DNA of 63,343 bases from the NCBI GenBank assembly GCA_028716485.1, contig JAQUPS010000007.1, positions 1 through 63,343 of the forward strand. The letters are read 5' to 3'. The translations under genes were made by a program, and so were the position numbers. Each line of letters starts with the position of its first letter. Position 1 is the stretch's first letter. Source of the DNA: Patescibacteria group bacterium. Its GTDB lineage: Bacteria; Patescibacteriota; Patescibacteriia; Patescibacteriales; WJLG01. Below the pieces are notes generated by a model. That model was not told the origin of the DNA and made no database searches. It was given only the letters and a program-made list of their open reading frames with translations. Shown here piece by piece: positions 54,282 through 61,379 of the stretch.

Positions 54282-55193
54282 TTATATTTTTAATCCGCGC
54301 AAAGCGGCAATGCGATCTTCAACAGGGGGATGAGTCATAAATAATTTTGCCATAAAGCCAACCTTGCCATCGGCGCCTTTGAGGGGCGAGATGATATAAA
54401 GGTGGGCGGTGGCGCGATTAGCAACTTCCAATTTTGCCGGATCGGCGGAAATTTTTTCCAAGGCGCTGACCAGGCCTTCGGGGTAGCGGGTCAGCAAAGC
54501 GCCGTCGGCGTCGGCCTTGAATTCGCGCTTGCGGGAAATCGCCAATTGCATCAGTGTGGCAAAAATCGGCGCTAAAATCGCCAAAACTATGGCGATAACG
54601 AGCATTATCAATTGCAATTGTCCGCCCTCGCTGTCGTTGCTGCGGCGGCGGCGTCCGCCGAAAAAAGACCAGCGCATATACCAGTCGGCCAGCAAAACCA
54701 CGACGCCGACCAAAACCGTCACGACAGTAGAAAGCAGAATATCGCGATTACCGATGTGCGAAAGCTCATGCGCGATCACGCCTTCCAATTCTGATTTTTC
54801 CAATTTGGCCAACAAGCCGCTGGTAACGGCGACAACCGCGTGCTGGGCATCGCGGCCTGTGGCAAAAGCGTTCGGGGCGCTATCTTCTATAATATATAGG
54901 CGCGGCACGGGCAAGCCGGCGGTGATGCAGAGATTTTCCACGATATGATAAAGTTCGCGCGCGCTTTCATGATCAACCTCATGGGCGTTGGACATCGCTA
55001 AAACAATCTTATCGCTCCACCAATAACTGACGAAACTGGAAATAATGCTAAAACCGACGGCGATATACAAAATCTCCGGCGCGTTCATCGCCTGGGAAAA
55101 AACCCAGCCGATGCCGATGACCGCGGCAAAAAATATGGTCATCAACAGCCAAGTTTTGCGCGCATTGGAATCAGAGTCGGTATATAAAGTCAT
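54282..55193 (-). CDS. htpX: Zinc metalloprotease HtpX (M48)
   Basis: Contains HELSHIGNRD plus TM helices. Confidence 0.93.
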   Translation of the reverse strand: MTLYTDSDSNARKTWLLMTIFFAAVIGIGWVFSQAMNAPEILYIAVGFSIISSFVSYWWSDKIVLAMSNAHEVDHESARELYHIVENLCITAGLPVPRLYIIEDSAPNAFATGRDAQHAVVAVTSGLLAKLEKSELEGVIAHELSHIGNRDILLSTVVTVLVGVVVLLADWYMRWSFFGGRRRRSNDSEGGQLQLIMLVIAIVLAILAPIFATLMQLAISRKREFKADADGALLTRYPEGLVSALEKISADPAKLEVANRATAHLYIISPLKGADGKVGFMAKLFMTHPPVEDRIAALRGLKI

Positions 55194-55196
55194 AAC

Positions 55197-55297
55197 AAAA
55201 ATCTCAAATCACAATTTTAAATTTTAAAATAAGTCAAAAATCTTAATATTTAAATTTTTATTTTTAAATTTATTTTAAAATTTTGATTTTGGATTTT
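55197..55297. repeat. AT-rich palindromic repeat, AAATCTCAAAT family, copy 3
   Basis: aaaaatctcaaatcacaattttaaattttaaaataagtcaaaaatc..., between lemA and htpX. Confidence 0.75.
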
Positions 55298-55856
55298 AAA
55301 ATTTAACCTGCACCGGCGCTTTCTCGTCTTCGGCGATTTGGAAGAATTCATAAGCCTTGAATTTAAGCAGGCCGTTAATGACATTGGTCGGAAAAACTTG
55401 CAGCGAGGTGTTGAAGTCGCGGACATTGCCGTTGTAGAAACGGCGAGAAGCCATAATCTTGTCTTCAGTGTCGGTAAGCTCGCGCTGTAATTCCAAAAAG
55501 TTTTGGTTGGCTTTCAAATCCGGATAAGCTTCAGCCAGAGCAAAGACCGATTTCAAGGCGCCACTTAGCATATTTTCCGCTTCGCCTTTGGCGCCGGACG
55601 CTCCATCAGTGACACTCATCGCGCGATTGCGGGCATTGATGACGTTTTCCAAAGTTGTTTTTTCGTGCACGGCATAACCTTTAACCGTTTCCACTAAATT
55701 CGGGATGAGGTCATAGCGGCGCTTTAATTGGACATTGATGTCGCTCCAAGCTTCATCGGTGCGATTTTTGCCGCGGATCAAGCCGTTGTACATGGCGATT
55801 ATCCAGAGCGCCAAAAGAACGATGACGATGAGGATAATCCAAAGTGTCGCGTTCAT
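55296..55856 (-). CDS. lemA: LemA family protein
   Basis: N-terminal TM helix and DEAWSDINVQLKRRYDLIPNLVETVKGY. Confidence 0.9.
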   Translation of the reverse strand: MNATLWIILIVIVLLALWIIAMYNGLIRGKNRTDEAWSDINVQLKRRYDLIPNLVETVKGYAVHEKTTLENVINARNRAMSVTDGASGAKGEAENMLSGALKSVFALAEAYPDLKANQNFLELQRELTDTEDKIMASRRFYNGNVRDFNTSLQVFPTNVINGLLKFKAYEFFQIAEDEKAPVQVKF

Positions 55857-55865
55857 AGATTTGTT

Positions 55866-56000
55866 GAAATTTTTAATTTTGTAATTTTTAAATTTTTAAA
55901 AAAATTTTAATGAATAATTTTTAAACCGATAAACTGCTGATTTAAAAATTAAAAATTATGATTTCTTTAAAAATTATGAAATTAAAAATTAAAAAATTAT
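55866..56000. repeat. ~110-bp AT-rich palindromic repeat, copy 3
   Basis: Its left block is identical to copy 2. Its right block atgatttctttaaaaattatgaaattaaaaatt matches copy 1. Confidence 0.8.
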
Positions 56001-56010
56001 TTATTATGTT

Positions 56011-56124
56011 TTAATTATTTTTGTCCTCTTTATCTTTTTTTGAATCCTCAATCACTCCGGCAACTATCGCGCCGACGACCAGCAAAATAAAAACAATAAT
56101 GCCAATTCCCAACATACTTTTCAT
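56011..56124 (-). CDS. Possible 37-aa single-TM small protein, start overlapping the ileS stop (ATGA)
   Basis: My translation is MKSMLGIGIIVFILLVVGAIVAGVIEDSKKDKEDKNN. Its ATG at 56122-56124 overlaps the ileS TGA at 56121-56123. It is below the ORF-track size cutoff. Confidence 0.4.
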   Translation of the reverse strand: MKSMLGIGIIVFILLVVGAIVAGVIEDSKKDKEDKNN

Positions 56125-59100
56125 ATTTTTTTAATTTTTATAATCAATTTCTCTCCGTTGGCTTCAACCGCTTTGCCGCCATCGGTGGCGCCGATGATTA
56201 TTTTGTCGGCCAAAACATCTTTTTTCAAATCGGCTTCAAAAGTTTTGACGGCATTTTTTACTGCTTCGCTTTCAGTGGCAATCGTTAGAATAATTTTATC
56301 ATTGATAGTTAAATCGGCGTTCTTGCGTTCGGCATTAATGAATCTAACCAGCTCACGCTTCAAACCCTCGGCGATCAATTCCGGCGTCATCGTTATATCC
56401 AATTCTACGGAGATTTCTCCCCCCCCTTCTTCGGTGATTATCTCTTTGACGTTCAGCTCATCTTTGAGCAAATCAAAATAAATAATTTTTAATTTTGCAT
56501 TTTTAATTTTTAATTGAGCGAGAGGCTGGCGGACTTTTATCTCCGCTTCGTCGCGCTTGGCCAAGCCCATCTCCACGACTTTGCGCGCCAAAGCCATCTC
56601 CTCAATAATTTCTTTTTGCTCGTCATCCTTTTCATAATTAACCCATTCTTCTAGATGCACCGAGGCTTCGGGATTAGCAAAATTATTGCCGGTGACTTTT
56701 TGCCATAATTGTTCGGCGATGAACGGCGTGAACGGCGCCATAACCTTGGCCAAATCGGTCAGAACCAAACGAGTAGTCGCCAGCGCGGATTTTTTGTCTT
56801 CGCCTTCATCTTTAAATCTATCTCTGCTCCTCCTTAAATACCAAGTGGAAAAATCATCGATGAACTGGGCAATCGGACGCGTCGCGCGCGGCAGATCGTA
56901 TTTTTTCATCCCCTCGCTCACTTCAGAAACTAACTGATTTAAGCGGGCAATAATCCATTTATCCAAAATATTCTTCGGTTCATAATCTGCCTGGAAACCC
57001 ACCCCGTCTCGCGAGGCGCGAGCCACCCCTCCCGCGGAGGGGAATTCGTACATCTCGTAGAATTTATAAACATTCCAGAGAATCATATTCACTTTGCGCA
57101 GGCAATCGGCCACGGCTTTTTCGGAAAAATTCAGATTTTCCGCGGTCATCACCGGCGAAGTCAAAAGATAATAGCGCAAAGCGTCGGCGCCGTATTTTTC
57201 CAAAATGATTTCCGGATCAGGATAATTTTTCAGCCGCTTGGACATTTTCTTGCCGTCTTCGGCTAAAACTATTCCATTGACGATGACATTTTTGTAGGCA
57301 AAATTATTGCGGATGCCGGCGGCCAAGGCGTGCAAATAATAAAACCAGGTGCGAGTTTGGTCAATGCCTTCGGCGATGAATTCAGCCGGAAAATTATGTT
57401 CGAATCTTTCCTTATTCTCGAACGGATAATGCATCTGCGCGTACGGCATCGAACCGGATTCGAACCAGCAATCCAAAACATCGCTCACTCGTTTCATTTC
57501 GCCGGGACAGACATCGCATTGCAAAGCGATATTATCGACAGAATCTTTATGCAAATCGATTTCTTTCTTGGTGGAATTATTGACATAGACGATCTTGAAC
57601 TCGCCTTTATGAGTATGGTTCGGCCCATAAAGCGACAGACCGGCTTCATGTTTGGTCCTGCCTCTCAATATGCTGATCAGGTCATCAATAGGATCGGAAT
57701 GCGAAACGATTATAATAGTTTTGCCGCTATTTTTTTCCAAAGTTCCGAGCAGCCATTGATACATCCGCTCGCCGACTTCGGTTTGGGTTTCGCCTGTTCC
57801 GCCGACGCGGATATCCATCATCTCTTCAGGCGCGGCAGCCAGATATTTTTGGCGCGATTCATCATGCTTAGCCAGCTCGTCGCGATTTTTATCATTCCAA
57901 TCTCCCAGCGCGATCTCTCTTAATTCATCAGCTGCAGCGAATTCCAGCCCCAAAATCTTGCCGATTATTTCTGCGCTTTCCCTGGTGCGCAAAACCGGCG
58001 AGGCATAAAAAACGATCTTATCTTTTTGTTCATCGGCAAGTTCACTTTTCAATTTTTCCGCGGTGGCGGTTATCTGCGCCCGTCCTTTTTCGGTTAAATT
58101 ATATTTATCCTGGCCGGAATAAATTATGTTGGCCGCGTTGCTTTCCGCTTCGCCGTGGCGGACTAAAATCAATTTGGTCAGCTGGCCGTTGGCATGGCGA
58201 TAAAATTCTTCCAGCGACCCGATGACTTTTTTGGCGCCGCAGGGGCATTGCCAGATCGGGATGCAGGAAGCCCAGAAACGCTGGCGGGAAATCGACCAGT
58301 CGCGCGCGCCTTCCAGCCATTTGCCGAAACGGCCGGCCTTGATATGCTCCGGCGACCAGTTGATCGCCTCGGCCAATTCCAGCATCCGCGGTTTTATTTT
58401 GGCGATTTTGACGAACCAAGAAGAAGTGGCGTAATTGATGAGCGGCGTGTCGCAGCGCCAGCAGAACGGATAGCTATGCTCGTATTTTTCCTTGGCGAAT
58501 AATAAATCTTTACCGGCCAGATATTTGATGATGGCGACGTCGGTTGATTGCACATCTTCGATCGGCTTCACGTGCAGGCCGGTGAACTCGCCCATTTCCT
58601 TTTTGAAAGTTCCGTCCATGCCGACGTGCTGGACAAAGGGCAAATTATAATCGCGGCCAAGATTCATATCAGCTTCGCCGAAAGCCGGCGCGATATGCAC
58701 GATGCCGGTGCCGTCCTCGGTAGTCACGAATTCGCCATGATAAATCTTCCAGCCATTTTCGCGGTTAGCCAATGTTTCATCCTTCGCATAAAAATCAAAC
58801 AGCGGCTTATATTTTTTGCCGATCAACTCTGCCCCCTTAAATTCTCTAATTATTTCAAATTCCTTATCTCTTAAAACGTCATTAATTCTTTCTTTCGCCA
58901 AAATAATTCTTAATTCTTCATTCCCTGCCTTGCCGGCAGGCAGGTTAATTCTTAATTCGCAATAGTCAATCTCTTTCCCGACCGCCAGCGCGACATTTCC
59001 CGGCAAAGTCCATGGCGTGGTCGTCCAAGCTAAAACATAAACACCGGGCTCGTCGACGAGTTCAAATTTTACGGTCACCGACAAATCTTTAACATCGCGA

Positions 59101-59702
59101 TAGCCTTCCGCCACTTCCGATTGCGACAAAGTCGTTTCACAGCGCGGACAAATATACATAGAGCGGTAATCCTGATAGATCAGATCGTTATCCCAAAGCT
59201 GTTTGAACGCCCACCAAACCGATTCCATATAAGACAAGTCCATAGTGCGATAAGGATTTTCCATATCCGCCCAGCGGCCCAGCCGGCGGATCGTTTTTTT
59301 CCATTCCTCGGTGAATTCAGCCGCCCGTTCGCGGCAAAGCGCGTTGAATTTAGCTACGCCGATTTTTTCCTCGATTTCTTTTTTGCTTTTGGTGCCCAAT
59401 TCTTTCTCGACGATATTCTCGATCGGCAAGCCGTGGCAATCCCAGCCCCAGCGGCGCGGAATCTGGTAGCCGTTCATCGTCCAAAAACGCGGCACCGCGT
59501 CTTTCATCAAGCTGGCGACCAGATGGCCGTAATGCGGCGTGCCGGTAGCGAACGGCGGACCATCGTAAAAAACATACTCGCCGCGCGGAGCTTCTTTGGC
59601 AATGGATTTTTCGAAAATCTTATTCTTTTCCCAAAACGCCAAAACTTCCTCCTCCATCCCGACAAAGATATTTTTCTTCTCCTGATTATTTTTTTGAACC
59701 AT
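56121..59702 (-). CDS. ileS: Isoleucyl-tRNA synthetase with an inserted histidine-phosphatase domain
   Basis: 1193 aa. HIGH is PHYGH (aa 56-60) and KMSKS is KMSKR (aa 819-823). Also WSISRQRFW and DCWFESGSMPYAQ. Aa ~510-712 carry the RHG histidine-phosphatase motifs. Confidence 0.95.
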   Translation of the reverse strand: MVQKNNQEKKNIFVGMEEEVLAFWEKNKIFEKSIAKEAPRGEYVFYDGPPFATGTPHYGHLVASLMKDAVPRFWTMNGYQIPRRWGWDCHGLPIENIVEKELGTKSKKEIEEKIGVAKFNALCRERAAEFTEEWKKTIRRLGRWADMENPYRTMDLSYMESVWWAFKQLWDNDLIYQDYRSMYICPRCETTLSQSEVAEGYRDVKDLSVTVKFELVDEPGVYVLAWTTTPWTLPGNVALAVGKEIDYCELRINLPAGKAGNEELRIILAKERINDVLRDKEFEIIREFKGAELIGKKYKPLFDFYAKDETLANRENGWKIYHGEFVTTEDGTGIVHIAPAFGEADMNLGRDYNLPFVQHVGMDGTFKKEMGEFTGLHVKPIEDVQSTDVAIIKYLAGKDLLFAKEKYEHSYPFCWRCDTPLINYATSSWFVKIAKIKPRMLELAEAINWSPEHIKAGRFGKWLEGARDWSISRQRFWASCIPIWQCPCGAKKVIGSLEEFYRHANGQLTKLILVRHGEAESNAANIIYSGQDKYNLTEKGRAQITATAEKLKSELADEQKDKIVFYASPVLRTRESAEIIGKILGLEFAAADELREIALGDWNDKNRDELAKHDESRQKYLAAAPEEMMDIRVGGTGETQTEVGERMYQWLLGTLEKNSGKTIIIVSHSDPIDDLISILRGRTKHEAGLSLYGPNHTHKGEFKIVYVNNSTKKEIDLHKDSVDNIALQCDVCPGEMKRVSDVLDCWFESGSMPYAQMHYPFENKERFEHNFPAEFIAEGIDQTRTWFYYLHALAAGIRNNFAYKNVIVNGIVLAEDGKKMSKRLKNYPDPEIILEKYGADALRYYLLTSPVMTAENLNFSEKAVADCLRKVNMILWNVYKFYEMYEFPSAGGVARASRDGVGFQADYEPKNILDKWIIARLNQLVSEVSEGMKKYDLPRATRPIAQFIDDFSTWYLRRSRDRFKDEGEDKKSALATTRLVLTDLAKVMAPFTPFIAEQLWQKVTGNNFANPEASVHLEEWVNYEKDDEQKEIIEEMALARKVVEMGLAKRDEAEIKVRQPLAQLKIKNAKLKIIYFDLLKDELNVKEIITEEGGGEISVELDITMTPELIAEGLKRELVRFINAERKNADLTINDKIILTIATESEAVKNAVKTFEADLKKDVLADKIIIGATDGGKAVEANGEKLIIKIKKI
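56995..57046. repeat. Relative of the 57-nt element inside the ileS CDS (opposite orientation)
   Basis: aaacccacccc-gtCTCGCGaggCGCGAGc-cacccctcccgcggaggggaatt shares both ends with the reverse complement of 27446-27502 but has a different central hairpin. It encodes EFPSAGGVARASRDGVGFQ. Confidence 0.65.
58905..58958. repeat. GC hairpin flanked by a 12-bp direct repeat inside the ileS CDS
   Basis: AATTCTTAATTC (58905-58916) recurs at 58947-58958 around CCTGCC-ttgcc-GGCAGG. It encodes ELRI-NLPAGKAGNE-ELRI. Confidence 0.75.
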
Positions 59703-59745
59703 AGTTATTCATCATTCATGATTTTTTATTCAAATTTACACTATA

Positions 59746-59774
59746 ATATTACCTTTTTTCAGTCTGTTTGTCAA
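59746..59774 (-). promoter_or_regulatory. Candidate ileS promoter TTGACA-17-TAATAT
   Basis: On the minus strand, TTGACA is at 59769-59774 and TAATAT at 59746-59751, just downstream of the terminator at 59811-59843. Confidence 0.6.
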
Positions 59775-59810
59775 AACAAAAAACAACCGTTGCTGGATAG
59801 TATTTTTATC

Positions 59811-59843
59811 AAAAAAATAGGCGCAAATTTTATAATTTGCGCC
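59811..59843 (-). terminator. Terminator after the secreted-protein cassette
   Basis: GGCGCAAATT (59820-59829) pairs with AATTTGCGCC (59834-59843). A T7 run follows on the minus strand. Confidence 0.75.
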
Positions 59844-59875
59844 CAATACTTTATACCGTTTATATTTTAAACGGG

Positions 59876-60379
59876 TTAACGTGTATAATAATGCACAATA
59901 AGAGATGCATAGGGACAGTAGGTGTAATAATGTTTCATTAGGCCATAATTACCCCACTTTGAAACAACATAGCTATTATAGTCCATTATACCGGAGTGAT
60001 CTCCGTTTGTATAAGAAATCTTATAGCCATAAAGCGGAAAATACCCGTCATGATAACTGCCATCAAGCCAATAGGCATCATCGCCAGGATGGTTCATCCA
60101 TCTGTCGTTGCTTATGGACTGATAATACCATGCGTATGAATGGCAGTTATATTTCCGCGTGGGGTTTCTCAATATTACCGCGTTAGGATAATTCTGCTGG
60201 GTCCAAGCTATCGCAGCGTTAATTTGCGCGACTGTAAGCTCGTACGTCTGCGTCGTGGTACTTACCACCGAGCCGTTGGGAGTTGTTACCGTGGAAGGAT
60301 AATCCGCTGATACCGCGCCATTTAAACTAAAAACGGCGGCCAACACAAGAAATGCCTTAAACACAATTTTCGTCTTCAC
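59876..60379 (-). CDS. Secreted Tyr/Trp-rich protein, possible papain-fold (NlpC/CHAP-like) Cys/His hydrolase
   Basis: GTG start with GAAGGGG 8 nt upstream. The signal peptide is MKTKIVFKAFLVLAAVFSLNGAVSA. YNCHSYAW ... GDHSGI is a Cys-then-His spacing pattern. The fold assignment is a guess. Confidence 0.6.
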   Translation of the reverse strand: MKTKIVFKAFLVLAAVFSLNGAVSADYPSTVTTPNGSVVSTTTQTYELTVAQINAAIAWTQQNYPNAVILRNPTRKYNCHSYAWYYQSISNDRWMNHPGDDAYWLDGSYHDGYFPLYGYKISYTNGDHSGIMDYNSYVVSKWGNYGLMKHYYTYCPYASLIVHYYTR

Positions 60380-60393
60380 TTATTACCCCTTCT

Positions 60394-61152
60394 CTATTTG
60401 GATATGAAATTTTCAGACTGAACGATGATTTGATCCGCATTGTTGGATAAATCAGCTTCATTGTCACCGACAATTACTTGTTTTCCGTTGATTTGCAAAC
60501 CGACACCCCTTCTTTCCAGCACCCTCTTCATGATCAAAATTGTCGGCTCTGAATCAAGAAAATTATAAATGTCTGGGCGATTCTGTTTGAGACGAAGATT
60601 ACTTAAACATTCTTTAACCAATATTTTCTCTTCGTCTTCGGACATACTTGCCCGAACACTGCTTTGAGCCAACAGCATCTCAATAAATGCTTGCTCAAAA
60701 TAATGAGTAGAGCTGGCCTTTTTGGAATCAATATCGTTTATATCCTGTGCTATTTCCTTATTGACCAAACGATACTGCGCCAAAAGTTCAATTCCAGCAT
60801 CTTCCCGTTTTAAAAGTTCTTGTAAACCATCAAAGCCAGAAATTACGGCTTCCAGGCCTTTTTGCCTGTCATCATACACCATCATGTCGCCATACATAGG
60901 ATAATTTAAGCAAGTTTCAACTAAAGCCCTTGTAGACATATTTTTAAGGACATCGGCTGGAATTTGTGTTGCCGCGAGCATTTCATCGTGGCCGACGAAT
61001 TTTTTCCACGCATCCGTGCCCGGTTTTATTGGAAAATCATAAGCGCGATCATTGGCGAACTTTACATTTCTCTCGCCACCAATAGCCATACTGACAAAAA
61101 CCAATACAAGAACGGCAACAAAAAATAGACTTAGAAGTTTTAGCTTTCTCAT
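60394..61152 (-). CDS. Secreted or membrane-anchored hypothetical protein
   Basis: 252 aa with N-terminal MRKLKLLSLFFVAVLVLVFVSMAIG. No motif recognised. Sits 14 nt upstream of the next ORF. Confidence 0.65.
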   Translation of the reverse strand: MRKLKLLSLFFVAVLVLVFVSMAIGGERNVKFANDRAYDFPIKPGTDAWKKFVGHDEMLAATQIPADVLKNMSTRALVETCLNYPMYGDMMVYDDRQKGLEAVISGFDGLQELLKREDAGIELLAQYRLVNKEIAQDINDIDSKKASSTHYFEQAFIEMLLAQSSVRASMSEDEEKILVKECLSNLRLKQNRPDIYNFLDSEPTILIMKRVLERRGVGLQINGKQVIVGDNEADLSNNADQIIVQSENFISK

Positions 61153-61326
61153 ATTAACCTTTCTTAATTTTTACCCAATTAACGGGTAAAGTTAAAGACA
61201 TTTTTACACACCTTTTGTCTGCGATTATTATATCACTTTTTTCAAAGAACAAACGTTTAAAAAACATTAACTCGAATTCATTTTCCCTCCTTAATTAAAT
61301 CATGTTGTTAATTGGTAATGTTAAAA

Positions 61327-61356
61327 ATTATAGCAAAAAAAAATAATCCTTGTCAA
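61327..61356 (-). promoter_or_regulatory. Consensus promoter TTGACA-18-TATAAT for the secreted-protein cassette
   Basis: On the minus strand, TTGACA is at 61351-61356 and TATAAT at 61327-61332. A second extended -10 (TGATATAAT) lies at 61227-61235. Confidence 0.6.
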
Positions 61357-61379
61357 ATTAATTATTTTGTATTTTTGTA

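Noticed and set aside
57567-58178. Intein as an explanation for the extra ~200 aa in IleRS.
   Set aside because: There is no Cys/Ser/Thr N-terminal splice junction with a C-terminal His-Asn plus nucleophile. The insert instead carries RHG, SP..R, E and SH histidine-phosphatase motifs.
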